Part shown: piece by piece, positions 37,679 to 46,840 of the stretch
How positions within the stretch are numbered: position 1 is the first letter of the stretch
Layout: every line of letters begins with the position of its first letter
IMG/VR virus record: IMGVR_UViG_3300033562_000464
Span: 1 to 55,278 of that record
Strand: one strand, 5' to 3'
Origin: a virus
Taxonomy: Duplodnaviria; Caudoviricetes
Length of the DNA stretch: 55,278 nucleotides
Notes under the pieces: model-generated
Told to the model about the DNA's origin: nothing
Databases searched by the model: none
Seen by the model: the letters and a program-made list of their open reading frames with translations, nothing else
Made by a program: the position numbers and the translations under genes

Positions 37679-40048
37679 TTAACATGGTATAGCTTCACCA
37701 TACCAACGGTCTGTCACTTCTAAATCACATTTCATAGGAACAGTTATCCTGTCCGCACAACTGCCAATCATAAGTTTCTCAACCCTTGCTTTAACTTGTT
37801 TAGCATACTCAATTGGGCACTCACCTATAATTTCGTCATGCACCGTCATCAACATACGGTATCCCCAATTTTTTAATTTTAAGTCGTTTGCTAATACAAT
37901 CATAGCTTTTTTTGTAATATCGGCTGCACTACCTTGTATTATACTATTAACACATTGTCTCTCGGCTTGTGCAATAAAACCACCATTATCCTTAATGTGT
38001 ATTCCCTCAGCCTTTGCCTTTGCCTTGATAGCGTTCTTTTCTTTTACCCCATATGTTTTATTTAACATTGCAGTATAGGATTGCTCTAAATAATCGGGCA
38101 CCGCTTCATCACTATCAATCATTGTAAATGAAAACTTTGGTAATTGCATATCGGGCAATCGGCACTTCCTACCATAAGCGGTTTCAACAAAACCATATAC
38201 ACGAGCATGCTCTTGACTATCATCAATAAACTTTTTAACTTTTGGAAACTTTTCAAATAATGTGTCAATTATGCCTTGCGCTTCTTTTTTACTTATGCCA
38301 AGGTCAACACCGATATTTTTTGCCCCCTTACCGTACATAATACCAAGAACAATCGCTTTAATTTTATCACGTCGTTTTTTACCCTCGGGGTTTTTTGTTC
38401 CATCTGGTCTAAACTCTTTACATTCCGAAGCTGGCACATGAAAAACAATACTTGCTATCCATGAATAAATATCCGTTCCTTTTGCATACTCAGCAATCAT
38501 GGTTTCGTCTTGTGACATAAATGCCAATATTCTAGGTTCTTGTTGACTAAAGTCACCCCCTACCAACACATATTTTCCAGATAATTTATTTTCCCTTACT
38601 AATTGCCTAACCCTAAATTCCTCAACCGATACAACCGTTGACTTCGATATTAAATAACTAAAATCACTTGCTGTGAACATCTTTCTAACATCCTTGTTTT
38701 TACTTGGTATGTTTTGCAAATTTGGGTCACTACTGCTATATCTTCCCGTTCTAGCCCCGTACTGGTTAAAGCTTGCATGAATTTTTTTAGTCCGCTTATT
38801 TACAACTAGTGGAAGCTTATCTATGTAAGTACTTAAAAGTTTGGCAAGTGTTCTATAATTTAATATATCTCTTGCTAGTGGTTCATCAAACGTTTCAAGT
38901 ATCTCCTCACCCGTTCCCCGTGGCTTTTCAGAATCTGGGCTTTTAAGCCCCATTATATCATAGAGTATTATGCCTAGTTGAACATTACTATTTATATTAA
39001 TGGGGTTGTCTAGTTTATTGTACACGCTAGGGCTTTTCCTACTTAATTCCTTTAGCTTATCACCTAGTTTACTAATGTGACCATGTACAATTGCTTCCGC
39101 CTTTATTAATTCATTCGTATATTTTTTACTTAGCCCAACCGAATAAGGCGCATCAATATTAACCCCATTTAATTCCATTTGTGCGGTGACTTTAATTACT
39201 GGTAATTCTATATTTTCATATAACCACGCAACTCTATCAAGGTCTTTGGCAACACACAATTCACCATCTAATGATAAAAACTTTTCTTGAAACTTGTACA
39301 ATAAATATGTCATGTATGGGTCTTTTGCACCATATAAAAAAGCTGTTTCAATTGGAACTTTTGTAAATGGCATCCCCTCAAATAATGTACTATAGGAAGC
39401 AAGTTCACTATCTTTTTTGCCCGATTTTACAACATACTTCTCATACAAAAATTTTAAATTATGAGCCTCGGCTTCATTAAGTAAATAACCAGCAATTAAA
39501 GTATCCCAAAATATTCGTATATTTTCAATGTTGACATCTAACTGCCATTTAATTACATGTAGGTCGAATTTTGCATTGTGAAGTATTACTTTTGTATCGC
39601 CTAAATTATTAAGCTCTTTTGTAATTATTTCAATTGGTATTTGCTCGTCTAATTTTTGCCCAGTAATATAGTTGATGTGGTTAATTGGCACATAGGCTGG
39701 TTTCATATTAGGTGTATAAAAACATATACCTGCAATCATATCATCGATAGTATTTAGTCCATCAGTTTCTGTATCAAGTGCAAGTTCGCCATTTTTCTTC
39801 GCCATTTCAATATAGTGTTTAAATTCTTCAATGTCTTTAATACAAATAAGGGAGCCGTCATCTTCCCCAATCATTCGCCTAACCAATTCTGTTATAGCTT
39901 GTATTTTTCCCATTATGCCACTTCCGCCCTTTACGGTTATGACCCCGTCTTTTTTAGGCTTGTTTTTTACTTTGTGCAAAGCGAGCAAATCCTCAGCTTT
40001 TGTTGTTGGTTTCCTTTCAGGAAATTTAAAAAGTGTGCTTTGTGCCAT
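37679..40048 (-). CDS. polA: Family A DNA polymerase with 3'-5' exonuclease
   Basis: DTET, HNAKFD, TGRYSSSDPNLQNIP, DFSQQE, KAIVLGIMYG, VHDE. Confidence 0.96.
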   Translation of the reverse strand: MAQSTLFKFPERKPTTKAEDLLALHKVKNKPKKDGVITVKGGSGIMGKIQAITELVRRMIGEDDGSLICIKDIEEFKHYIEMAKKNGELALDTETDGLNTIDDMIAGICFYTPNMKPAYVPINHINYITGQKLDEQIPIEIITKELNNLGDTKVILHNAKFDLHVIKWQLDVNIENIRIFWDTLIAGYLLNEAEAHNLKFLYEKYVVKSGKKDSELASYSTLFEGMPFTKVPIETAFLYGAKDPYMTYLLYKFQEKFLSLDGELCVAKDLDRVAWLYENIELPVIKVTAQMELNGVNIDAPYSVGLSKKYTNELIKAEAIVHGHISKLGDKLKELSRKSPSVYNKLDNPININSNVQLGIILYDIMGLKSPDSEKPRGTGEEILETFDEPLARDILNYRTLAKLLSTYIDKLPLVVNKRTKKIHASFNQYGARTGRYSSSDPNLQNIPSKNKDVRKMFTASDFSYLISKSTVVSVEEFRVRQLVRENKLSGKYVLVGGDFSQQEPRILAFMSQDETMIAEYAKGTDIYSWIASIVFHVPASECKEFRPDGTKNPEGKKRRDKIKAIVLGIMYGKGAKNIGVDLGISKKEAQGIIDTLFEKFPKVKKFIDDSQEHARVYGFVETAYGRKCRLPDMQLPKFSFTMIDSDEAVPDYLEQSYTAMLNKTYGVKEKNAIKAKAKAEGIHIKDNGGFIAQAERQCVNSIIQGSAADITKKAMIVLANDLKLKNWGYRMLMTVHDEIIGECPIEYAKQVKARVEKLMIGSCADRITVPMKCDLEVTDRWYGEAIPC

Positions 40049-40074
40049 TATATCACTCCTTTACTTTATTTGAT

Positions 40075-40113
40075 TAATATATAATAAAAAAAGGGCTTAT
40101 TTAAAGCCCTTTC
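40075..40113 (-). promoter_or_regulatory. Class II promoter overlapping a terminator hairpin
   Basis: AGGGCTT-TAAAT-AAGCCCT-T run contains CTTTAA, then N17, then TATATATTA. Confidence 0.72.
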
Positions 40114-40122
40114 TCAAATTAT

Positions 40123-40932
40123 TTAAAAAACATCTTCGCCTGTTACTTCTTTTGTTTTTCTTGGTGCTGGTGTTTGGCTTTCTCCACCCCTTGAACTAGC
40201 CCGACCTTTTGGTGCTTGTTCTTGTACAGGTTCTTGTTTGGCACCACGCCCTGTTCTTTGTGTGCTTTGTGGTGTACTTGCACCCCTAGCACTACCGCCC
40301 CTGCTTTGTGCTTGTGGCTTTGCTTGTTCCCTACTATTGTTTCTTCTTTGTGTAGGTGGTTCGGGTGTTGGTTCATCGTTTGCGGTAACATCTTCGCCAT
40401 CTAACCACGCATTCATTTTATCGGATGACCATTCTAAAACAAAATCACCTAATAAATCCTGCTTTTCTGGTAGTTCATCCAATGTCATATCATCTTTGTC
40501 AAGTGCATATAACTCATATGTTGTTTTAGTGTCCTTTGGCTTGCCATGTCTTTCAATTTCATAAAGACGGTTACATAATTGACCATATTTGTTAAACATG
40601 CCCAAAATTTTAGGGATAAATAACTGCCCCCTTTCCCATGTTTTAACCTTACCATCCTCGTCCTCAAGCTGCAAAAAGAATTTAACTTTTACTTTAAGCT
40701 CTTTGTTTTCACTAGATTCTTGGCACATAGGGCAATCACCTGATTGCAAGCACTCAATATATCGCTTTTTACCGTTTAAATCAATTTCATGCACCGCATA
40801 AATGTCAAGTTCTTCTTCGTTGTCATAAAGAAATCTTACTGTTGCACAATCCATATCATTTTCTAATTTAAAAAAATCATTGTTGCTACCTTTAAAATCT
40901 TCCATTGCTCTTTTTGCGTTAAGTTTTGCCAT
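40123..40932 (-). CDS. Single-stranded DNA-binding protein (gp32-like)
   Basis: FFKL...VRFL...H...C....CPMC Zn site, disordered tail ending EDVF. Confidence 0.75.
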   Translation of the reverse strand: MAKLNAKRAMEDFKGSNNDFFKLENDMDCATVRFLYDNEEELDIYAVHEIDLNGKKRYIECLQSGDCPMCQESSENKELKVKVKFFLQLEDEDGKVKTWERGQLFIPKILGMFNKYGQLCNRLYEIERHGKPKDTKTTYELYALDKDDMTLDELPEKQDLLGDFVLEWSSDKMNAWLDGEDVTANDEPTPEPPTQRRNNSREQAKPQAQSRGGSARGASTPQSTQRTGRGAKQEPVQEQAPKGRASSRGGESQTPAPRKTKEVTGEDVF

Positions 40933-40970
40933 TTTTTTTTCTTCTTCCTTTCGAAGTGTCTAAGATTATA

Positions 40971-41141
40971 TTATTGAAGGTTATAAGCCTCTTTGAAAAA
41001 TGCGGTTGCAACTTTTCTCACATCTGTTTTAGTTGTTTTATTGGTCACTACAATAAGCTCATTATCAACTAATTTAATTAGTGTAAACCGACCATTTATA
41101 ACTTCCCAAGCTGTCATTAAATTTGCAATTAATTTTTTCAT
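40971..41141 (-). CDS. 56-aa hypothetical protein
   Basis: MKKLIANLMTAWEV...YNLQ*, with AAGGAGG RBS after a class II promoter. Not in the ORF track. Confidence 0.65.
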   Translation of the reverse strand: MKKLIANLMTAWEVINGRFTLIKLVDNELIVVTNKTTKTDVRKVATAFFKEAYNLQ

Positions 41142-41164
41142 GCCCTAACCTCCTTCCTTACACA

Positions 41165-41196
41165 TAATATATAGTAATCCACACTAAATATTAAAG
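41165..41196 (-). promoter_or_regulatory. Class II promoter
   Basis: CTTTAA-N17-TATATATTA. Confidence 0.7.
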
Positions 41197-41240
41197 TGTT
41201 AGGAAGTATTTATTTTTTATACACATATCACACAGGGTTA

Positions 41241-41855
41241 TTAACAAATACTTACCATAAAAGTTAATTGTAGTTTGTTTTCAAGTTTCTTTTTTATATA
41301 CCCAACACCTGCTGAAGTTATGCCCATTTTATTGGCTATTTCGGTATTTTTTAATTGATTTGGTTCAGCCATTATTATTTTGCAACAAGCCAATTCGGTT
41401 TCTGATAATTTAGCTTGCTCAAGTGCCATGTGTGTTATAACATCATCAAAACAAGTTTCATCACCATCACTATCTTCCGCCCCCAACATTAATTCGTCAT
41501 AACTATCTGGGGTGTTGTTTACGCATCTTTTATGATGTTGTAATTGTTGTGTCTCAGTTCTTAATCTATTATTTATGTAGGTGCTAATTAACGTTTGAAC
41601 TTGTGCCCCCTTTGTTGGGTCGTATGCAAGAACTGCTTTATTTAATTCCTCTAATACAAAACTCACTTTGTCTTCATCCGTTAAGTAAAAATACTTTTCA
41701 ACTTGTGTTTTCAAATATGGATACAACTTACAAAAAATATACGCTAGTTGAACTGGGTCACCACTACTTTGATATTGCACCGCTACCGAAGACAATGTTT
41801 TATCACTCTTGTAAAAATTTGCCAAGGTTTGAAAGTTTTTTAAAGTTTCTTGCAT
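41241..41855 (-). CDS. Phage-encoded sigma-70-family factor
   Basis: Region-2-like AVLAYDPTKGA..TLISTYINNRL and region-4 HTH LSETE...EIANKMGITSAGV. Confidence 0.8.
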   Translation of the reverse strand: MQETLKNFQTLANFYKSDKTLSSVAVQYQSSGDPVQLAYIFCKLYPYLKTQVEKYFYLTDEDKVSFVLEELNKAVLAYDPTKGAQVQTLISTYINNRLRTETQQLQHHKRCVNNTPDSYDELMLGAEDSDGDETCFDDVITHMALEQAKLSETELACCKIIMAEPNQLKNTEIANKMGITSAGVGYIKKKLENKLQLTFMVSIC

Positions 41856-41902
41856 AATATAATCCTCCAAGTTTTCGAATGTTTTTATACCTTACATTTT
41901 AT

Positions 41903-41931
41903 ATTATATATTAATATTCAAAATTGTACAA
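41903..41931 (-). promoter_or_regulatory. Sigma-A promoter of the sigma gene
   Basis: TTGTAC-N17-TATAAT. Confidence 0.7.
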
Positions 41932-41944
41932 GCATTTTTTAAGT

Positions 41945-42943
41945 TTACATTAAAACTTCTTCAAGTTCTTCAAATTGATCATGAGTTAATTCATTTAAGT
42001 CCTTTTTATCACTTGGTAATATAAATTTATAAAGTAGCTGACTATTGTTTAAGTGCTTTTTAAGTTTTTGCCAACCAATAAAACCTGCGTCATCCTCATC
42101 TAGTGCTAAAATGTATTTTCGTATGTTTAACTTTTTTAATATTTCATATTGTTGCTCATTACCCGTTCCCATTAATGCAACCGCAGGTCTTCTATGCACC
42201 CAACAAGTTAACGCATCAATAATACTCTCGCACACAATTAATTCATTTATTCTATCAGTGTTTTCTATAACCTTGTCAAGCCCGTAAAGTGTTTCCGATT
42301 TCCTACCATCTTCCGCATTATTAAAAAATTTACCAACTACACTACGTTTCTGTATAAACATTGTACGACCAAGCCTATCTTTAACTGGAAATGTTATACA
42401 TTTTGTCTCCACGTCATAGCCTATGTCAAAGTATTGTATAATAGTATCATTTAATTTTCTTTTATACATATACGGATGCACAAACCTATACTTCTCAAGT
42501 TCACTATCACTAATAAACTTAGCAACTTTTTCAACCTTTGATGAATTTCTATCAATGTTTAAATGTATTGGTTTTCTTTCATCAACTTCTATACTAACAA
42601 AGTTTTTTATAAGCCACCTATAACCAAATGAGCCACCATCAAGCCCCCTACCAAAACAAAATGAAACAAATTCTGCAATACTCGCAGTGTAGCCACAAGA
42701 AAAACAATGCACCGTCCCTGCTGGTATTACACGCCCGTTTCTATTCACATCAACGTTACTCATTCCGCAACTTGGTTTCTTTTCTTGCCCGTCACCGTGT
42801 GAAGGGCATGGAAATTGAACATTGTTTCTTGTTGGTTTTAGTTTGGCAAGTAATTCAATACCGTTAATTGTTAATTGATTTCTCAGTTCAACGAGTATAC
42901 TATTTGCGTCTGCCATTATTGGAATACCATTTACACTAATCAA
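41945..42943 (-). CDS. dnaG: DnaG-type primase
   Basis: CPSH...CFSC zinc finger, Toprim CESIIDAL and LDEDDAG, KDLNE. Confidence 0.9.
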   Translation of the reverse strand: MISVNGIPIMADANSILVELRNQLTINGIELLAKLKPTRNNVQFPCPSHGDGQEKKPSCGMSNVDVNRNGRVIPAGTVHCFSCGYTASIAEFVSFCFGRGLDGGSFGYRWLIKNFVSIEVDERKPIHLNIDRNSSKVEKVAKFISDSELEKYRFVHPYMYKRKLNDTIIQYFDIGYDVETKCITFPVKDRLGRTMFIQKRSVVGKFFNNAEDGRKSETLYGLDKVIENTDRINELIVCESIIDALTCWVHRRPAVALMGTGNEQQYEILKKLNIRKYILALDEDDAGFIGWQKLKKHLNNSQLLYKFILPSDKKDLNELTHDQFEELEEVLM

Positions 42944-42955
42944 TTAATCCACCCC

Positions 42956-44263
42956 CTAAAATAATTCTGTACCATCTTGAAATTCTTCGTCAGCTTCTTG
43001 CCTTGCTTGTGCCCCACTACTTTCTGATGTGGGTATAAACTTAAAATGACCTTTATCAATATCCCAAAAATAAAGCAGTTCAATATTATTTAAACCATAC
43101 CTATTTTTCTTAACCACAACTTTAAGTCCTGCACCAGATTTTTTTATACTTATTACCCTTGAGCTATTTTGCCCAATCGCATCAGCTTCACCTATTTCAT
43201 CAAGTTCTGGAGCATCCGCCTCGGTTTCACCTTTACGCTTTTCATTAGCCTTTCGGCTCGCTTGTGCATCCGCTATTATTGGTATACCATAACGCTCTGA
43301 ACTATTATATAAATCTTCAGCAACGTGTGCCAATTGTATACGAATTGCATCACCTTTTTTGTACCTTGCATCATCCATCAAACTGAATTGGTCAATGCCT
43401 ACAATGTCGGGCTTGTACTTTTCAATTAACCCATTAAGCATAGGGACTGTCAATTGTTTGCCACCAAAATCCTTTGGTGTAACTATTATAAACTGGGTCT
43501 CACATTTGCTTAACCTTATTAACCATTCCTCATATTCCTGTGAAGATAAACCGCCAAGTTCTTTTTTTCCCGTCATTAAACCTAAATTACTAAAGTGGCT
43601 GCTAAGTGTATCAAATCTATAGCCAACCATTAACCTGCCCATTTCGCCACTATACAACAGTATTTTTTTACCTGCAAGCCATGCCACAGTTAAAAAGTAT
43701 AATAAAACCCAACTTTTGCCCTCATTTGTACGACCAACAATTGTAATTAAATCTTCACCTGCGAGCCATCCATGTAATATTTCATCAAGTTCGGGCATCC
43801 CACTACTTATGCCAAGCAATCCGTCACATTCACAACGAGCCTTATAATCAACCAATCTTTCCATAGCATTTTTTGCTAAATCATACCCTTCATTAAAACC
43901 ACCCATTAACTTAATTATTTCTGGAAGTTGGCTTAATATATAATCAACCGCTTGTTTTGAATCGGTTAAACAAACTTCAGCAGTTTTGTTTAATACTGGA
44001 ACCATAAACGAATAAAGATGTGCTTCTTTTATTTTTTCAACTAAGTACCTATTAGATTCTGTGCATTCAAAAGGCTCAAAATCACTAAATTCATCCATTA
44101 TGGTAATTTCATCTGGGACGGTGCTATATTGCTCATAATGGTTTGTTATAAAGTTATATTCATCACGATATTTTAAAAAGTGTTCTTCACCCAACCCATT
44201 TTGAAATATTATGTTTAAACTTTTCTCCTTTAAAACCTTATTTAATATTTGTAACTCGACCAT
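42956..44263 (-). CDS. dnaB: Replicative DnaB-like helicase
   Basis: GRTNEGKS, SGEM, GIDQ, AQASR, KNRYG. Confidence 0.9.
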   Translation of the reverse strand: MVELQILNKVLKEKSLNIIFQNGLGEEHFLKYRDEYNFITNHYEQYSTVPDEITIMDEFSDFEPFECTESNRYLVEKIKEAHLYSFMVPVLNKTAEVCLTDSKQAVDYILSQLPEIIKLMGGFNEGYDLAKNAMERLVDYKARCECDGLLGISSGMPELDEILHGWLAGEDLITIVGRTNEGKSWVLLYFLTVAWLAGKKILLYSGEMGRLMVGYRFDTLSSHFSNLGLMTGKKELGGLSSQEYEEWLIRLSKCETQFIIVTPKDFGGKQLTVPMLNGLIEKYKPDIVGIDQFSLMDDARYKKGDAIRIQLAHVAEDLYNSSERYGIPIIADAQASRKANEKRKGETEADAPELDEIGEADAIGQNSSRVISIKKSGAGLKVVVKKNRYGLNNIELLYFWDIDKGHFKFIPTSESSGAQARQEADEEFQDGTELF

Positions 44264-44958
44264 TAATGTACACCCCTTCTATCTCCACCAATAAAGGCTA
44301 TAATTTCTGATTCATTAAATATTCTGCTTTTTAACCTTTGACCTAAGTACTCTTCCATTTTTTCTTCGGTGCTATTACTAGTATAAATATTTGACATACC
44401 ATTTAAAACCCTATTGTTAATCATGCCCATAAGCATGTCATAATCATACTTGCTCAATGCTGTGACACCAATATCATCCCATATAACTAAGTCTGCACTA
44501 CGTATATTTTCACGCATAGCATCAAATTCATCATCTTGGTTTTTTATGTTTTCCTTTGCAAGCAATAAAAAGTCGGTAACATTTACAAATACGCCCCTGC
44601 ACCTGAACCCATTACCAGCCCAAACTTTTTCAAAATATTTTTGCATTAATTTAATCGCCCAACTCGTTTTTCCGTTGCCACATTGTGGGCTGTATATTAA
44701 CAAACTATTTCCACCATCAACCCAATTTACAATATCATCTTTAATTTCCCTTAAACGTAAAAATGATTCCCTATCAGATTTATCAGGTTTTAAGCTTATT
44801 GGATACTGCATTTTAGTAGGTATATGACTTTTATAGTACAAATAATCAAACTCCATAAACCTTATACAAGCCCTATAACACTTTTCTGGGTTGTTATAAT
44901 GTGAGCACACACTATTAAACCAACATCTTTCCTTATCAAACTTATATTCATAAGACAT
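44263..44958 (-). CDS. dnaC: DnaC/IstB-like helicase loader
   Basis: GNGKTS, IWDDIG, YTSN, RLKSRI. Confidence 0.88.
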   Translation of the reverse strand: MSYEYKFDKERCWFNSVCSHYNNPEKCYRACIRFMEFDYLYYKSHIPTKMQYPISLKPDKSDRESFLRLREIKDDIVNWVDGGNSLLIYSPQCGNGKTSWAIKLMQKYFEKVWAGNGFRCRGVFVNVTDFLLLAKENIKNQDDEFDAMRENIRSADLVIWDDIGVTALSKYDYDMLMGMINNRVLNGMSNIYTSNSTEEKMEEYLGQRLKSRIFNESEIIAFIGGDRRGVH

Positions 44959-44987
44959 ATTTTTTACCTCCCTTTGGTATTACAAAC

Positions 44988-45025
44988 TAATATATATGAA
45001 AAGGGGCTTAATATTAAAGCCCCTT
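44988..45025 (-). promoter_or_regulatory. Class II promoter overlapping a terminator hairpin
   Basis: AGGGGCTT-TAATATT-AAGCCCCT-TTT contains CTTTAA, then N17, then TATATATTA. Confidence 0.72.
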
Positions 45026-45035
45026 TGGTTGTTTG

Positions 45036-45950
45036 TTAAAACACTTCATCACTAATTTCATTGCTTCGTTGTTGACGTGCCTTTGCTACCGCTACATTAT
45101 CAATACTCTCAACATTTTTTCCTTTTCCACTAACCCCACCCTTTGGCATTTTTTCATTCAAATATGAATTAAATTTAGTGCCAAACAATGTTTCTGGTCT
45201 TAGATACTGTTCCATTTTATCATCGCCTAACCAACTTGCACATTTTACATTAATAACATATTTAAACTGCTCTAATGTGTAGCCGTCTTTAATTCTAGCA
45301 TTAATATGTTTTATAGTAGCCTGTGTTCTAACACTAAAATTTTTATTTGTTTTTGTGTTTAAGTAACTAATAGCATCATTAATTATTTCGTAATTATAGG
45401 CACTAACAAGGACAGGGTCAGTTTTTTTATTAGGTATTAAAGAAGGTTGAGTTGCTTTGGAAGATTCTTTTTCTTTTTTATTAGTATTACTTATATTATT
45501 ACTGATTGTTGGGATTTCTAGCGAACTAGTTTGGGATTTTTCGCCTTCTTGTTCTGGGTTTTCCCCAAACTTGTCACTTATTAATTCAACTAGTGTCGTA
45601 AGGTCATTATTTATTTTATAATGCCCCTTTGCTGGCATTCCAACAACTTTAAATTCAATTAACTTGGCTTCTATTAGTTTTGTTCTTGCGGTGCGTTGTT
45701 GGTCTTCTTTTAGCCCAGTCCAATCGAAAATTCTTTGTGTAGTTGCATAGAAAAAACCGTCATCACCTATTGTATCCTGCCTATAATAATAATGGTTAAA
45801 TTTAAGCAAAGCTTGATAATATATAGTAACATTTATTCCCAATTGCTTGGCTAGACTTACATTATAAATATTAAAGTTATTCCCATTTAAAAGATTGAGC
45901 ATTTGCAAAGATAAATTTTCCATGGACATATTTTTGTTATTTAACGTCAT
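45036..45950 (-). CDS. Replication initiator with conserved phage C-terminal domain (Phg_2220_C-like)
   Basis: N-terminal wHTH-like region. C-terminal YLN..T...ARIKDGYT...YLRPETLFG.KF..YLNE. Confidence 0.85.
   Translation of the reverse strand: MTLNNKNMSMENLSLQMLNLLNGNNFNIYNVSLAKQLGINVTIYYQALLKFNHYYYRQDTIGDDGFFYATTQRIFDWTGLKEDQQRTARTKLIEAKLIEFKVVGMPAKGHYKINNDLTTLVELISDKFGENPEQEGEKSQTSSLEIPTISNNISNTNKKEKESSKATQPSLIPNKKTDPVLVSAYNYEIINDAISYLNTKTNKNFSVRTQATIKHINARIKDGYTLEQFKYVINVKCASWLGDDKMEQYLRPETLFGTKFNSYLNEKMPKGGVSGKGKNVESIDNVAVAKARQQRSNEISDEVF
45509..45574. repeat. Three degenerate 22-bp iterons (putative origin)
   Basis: TTGGGATTTCTAGCGAACTAGT / TTGGGATTTTTCGCCTTCTTGT / TCTGGGTTTTCCCCAAACTTGT, next to an AT-rich tract (45465-45500) inside the initiator gene. 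Confidence 0.6.
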
Positions 45951-46003
45951 TAAATATCCTCCGCTTGGTTTTATAAAAAGGGCTGTCACCAGCCCCCTTA
46001 ATA

Positions 46004-46246
46004 CTATTTTGTTCTTCTTCTTGTGCCATTTGGTTCATCAATAACTTGTGGGGTGTTTTCAGCAATAACCTCTTTAAATTGCTTTTCAATTTCTGTGTCG
46101 CAGGTGTTGTGCATCTTTTTCTTTATGTCAGTAAGGTTATCAGTTTCGTCAATTGACATTGTTATGCCAAATTCGAAAGTGTAGTGTGCCCCATTTATTG
46201 GCATACTGACTCGGCTTAAACAACTTAATTCTTTTACTTTAGCCAC
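46004..46246 (-). CDS. Hypothetical protein
   Basis: 80 aa, coupled to the upstream gene. Confidence 0.6.
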   Translation of the reverse strand: MAKVKELSCLSRVSMPINGAHYTFEFGITMSIDETDNLTDIKKKMHNTCDTEIEKQFKEVIAENTPQVIDEPNGTRRRTK

Positions 46247-46758
46247 TACTTAGCCCCCTTAATTTTTGTAACTTTAAGAACTGCGACAGTTGTTTGTTCA
46301 CTACAATCAGATATTTTACCAGCATCTAGTTCGCCCCTATATATTAGGTCTTCCAAAACTTTTTCATCTGGAACTTCGATTGTTTTTATTGCACTTGTTA
46401 ACTCTAAATCCTTTAACCTTTGTAAAAGCTTTTCGGTGTTCATACTATTTCTTTCTTGTAAAGAATAAACAGCTTTAATATCACCAACAATAATTTCCTT
46501 AGACCCACCTGCAGCAACACCAAAACCCATCTCACTTTTAATTTCGGCATTTAGTATGTCGGCTTCTTTTTTTAGTTTATCAGCGTCCGTCTTAACACCA
46601 TAAAAATCTGGTATGAGTGTTTCAAGTTTATTTTTTGGTGCAACTTGTTCGACTTCTGTAGGTGGCACAACTTTTTTTGCTCTTAGTTTCTTAACCACAC
46701 CAACTGCGTCGGTGCCATCGAGTTTTCTTCCAATCATTTCATTTGCGATATCGCCCAT
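46246..46758 (-). CDS. Coiled-coil protein, Gam/gp157-like
   Basis: Start MGDIAN. LKKEAD.LN.EIK helix and IKT.E..DE..LE pattern. Confidence 0.5.
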   Translation of the reverse strand: MGDIANEMIGRKLDGTDAVGVVKKLRAKKVVPPTEVEQVAPKNKLETLIPDFYGVKTDADKLKKEADILNAEIKSEMGFGVAAGGSKEIIVGDIKAVYSLQERNSMNTEKLLQRLKDLELTSAIKTIEVPDEKVLEDLIYRGELDAGKISDCSEQTTVAVLKVTKIKGAK

Positions 46759-46790
46759 AATATAGACCTCCTTTATTTTTGTATTACGTT

Positions 46791-46827
46791 TAATATATAA
46801 TAAAAAAGCCAACTAATTAAAGTTGAC
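46791..46827 (-). promoter_or_regulatory. Class II promoter overlapping a terminator hairpin
   Basis: GTCAACT-TTAATT-AGTTGGC-T run contains CTTTAA, then N17, then TATATATTA. Confidence 0.72.
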
Positions 46828-46840
46828 TTATAAATCACTA

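Noticed and set aside
38570-38670. Intein or intron in polA
   Set aside because: The insert is only about 28 aa, in frame, and lacks the C/S...HN splice motifs.
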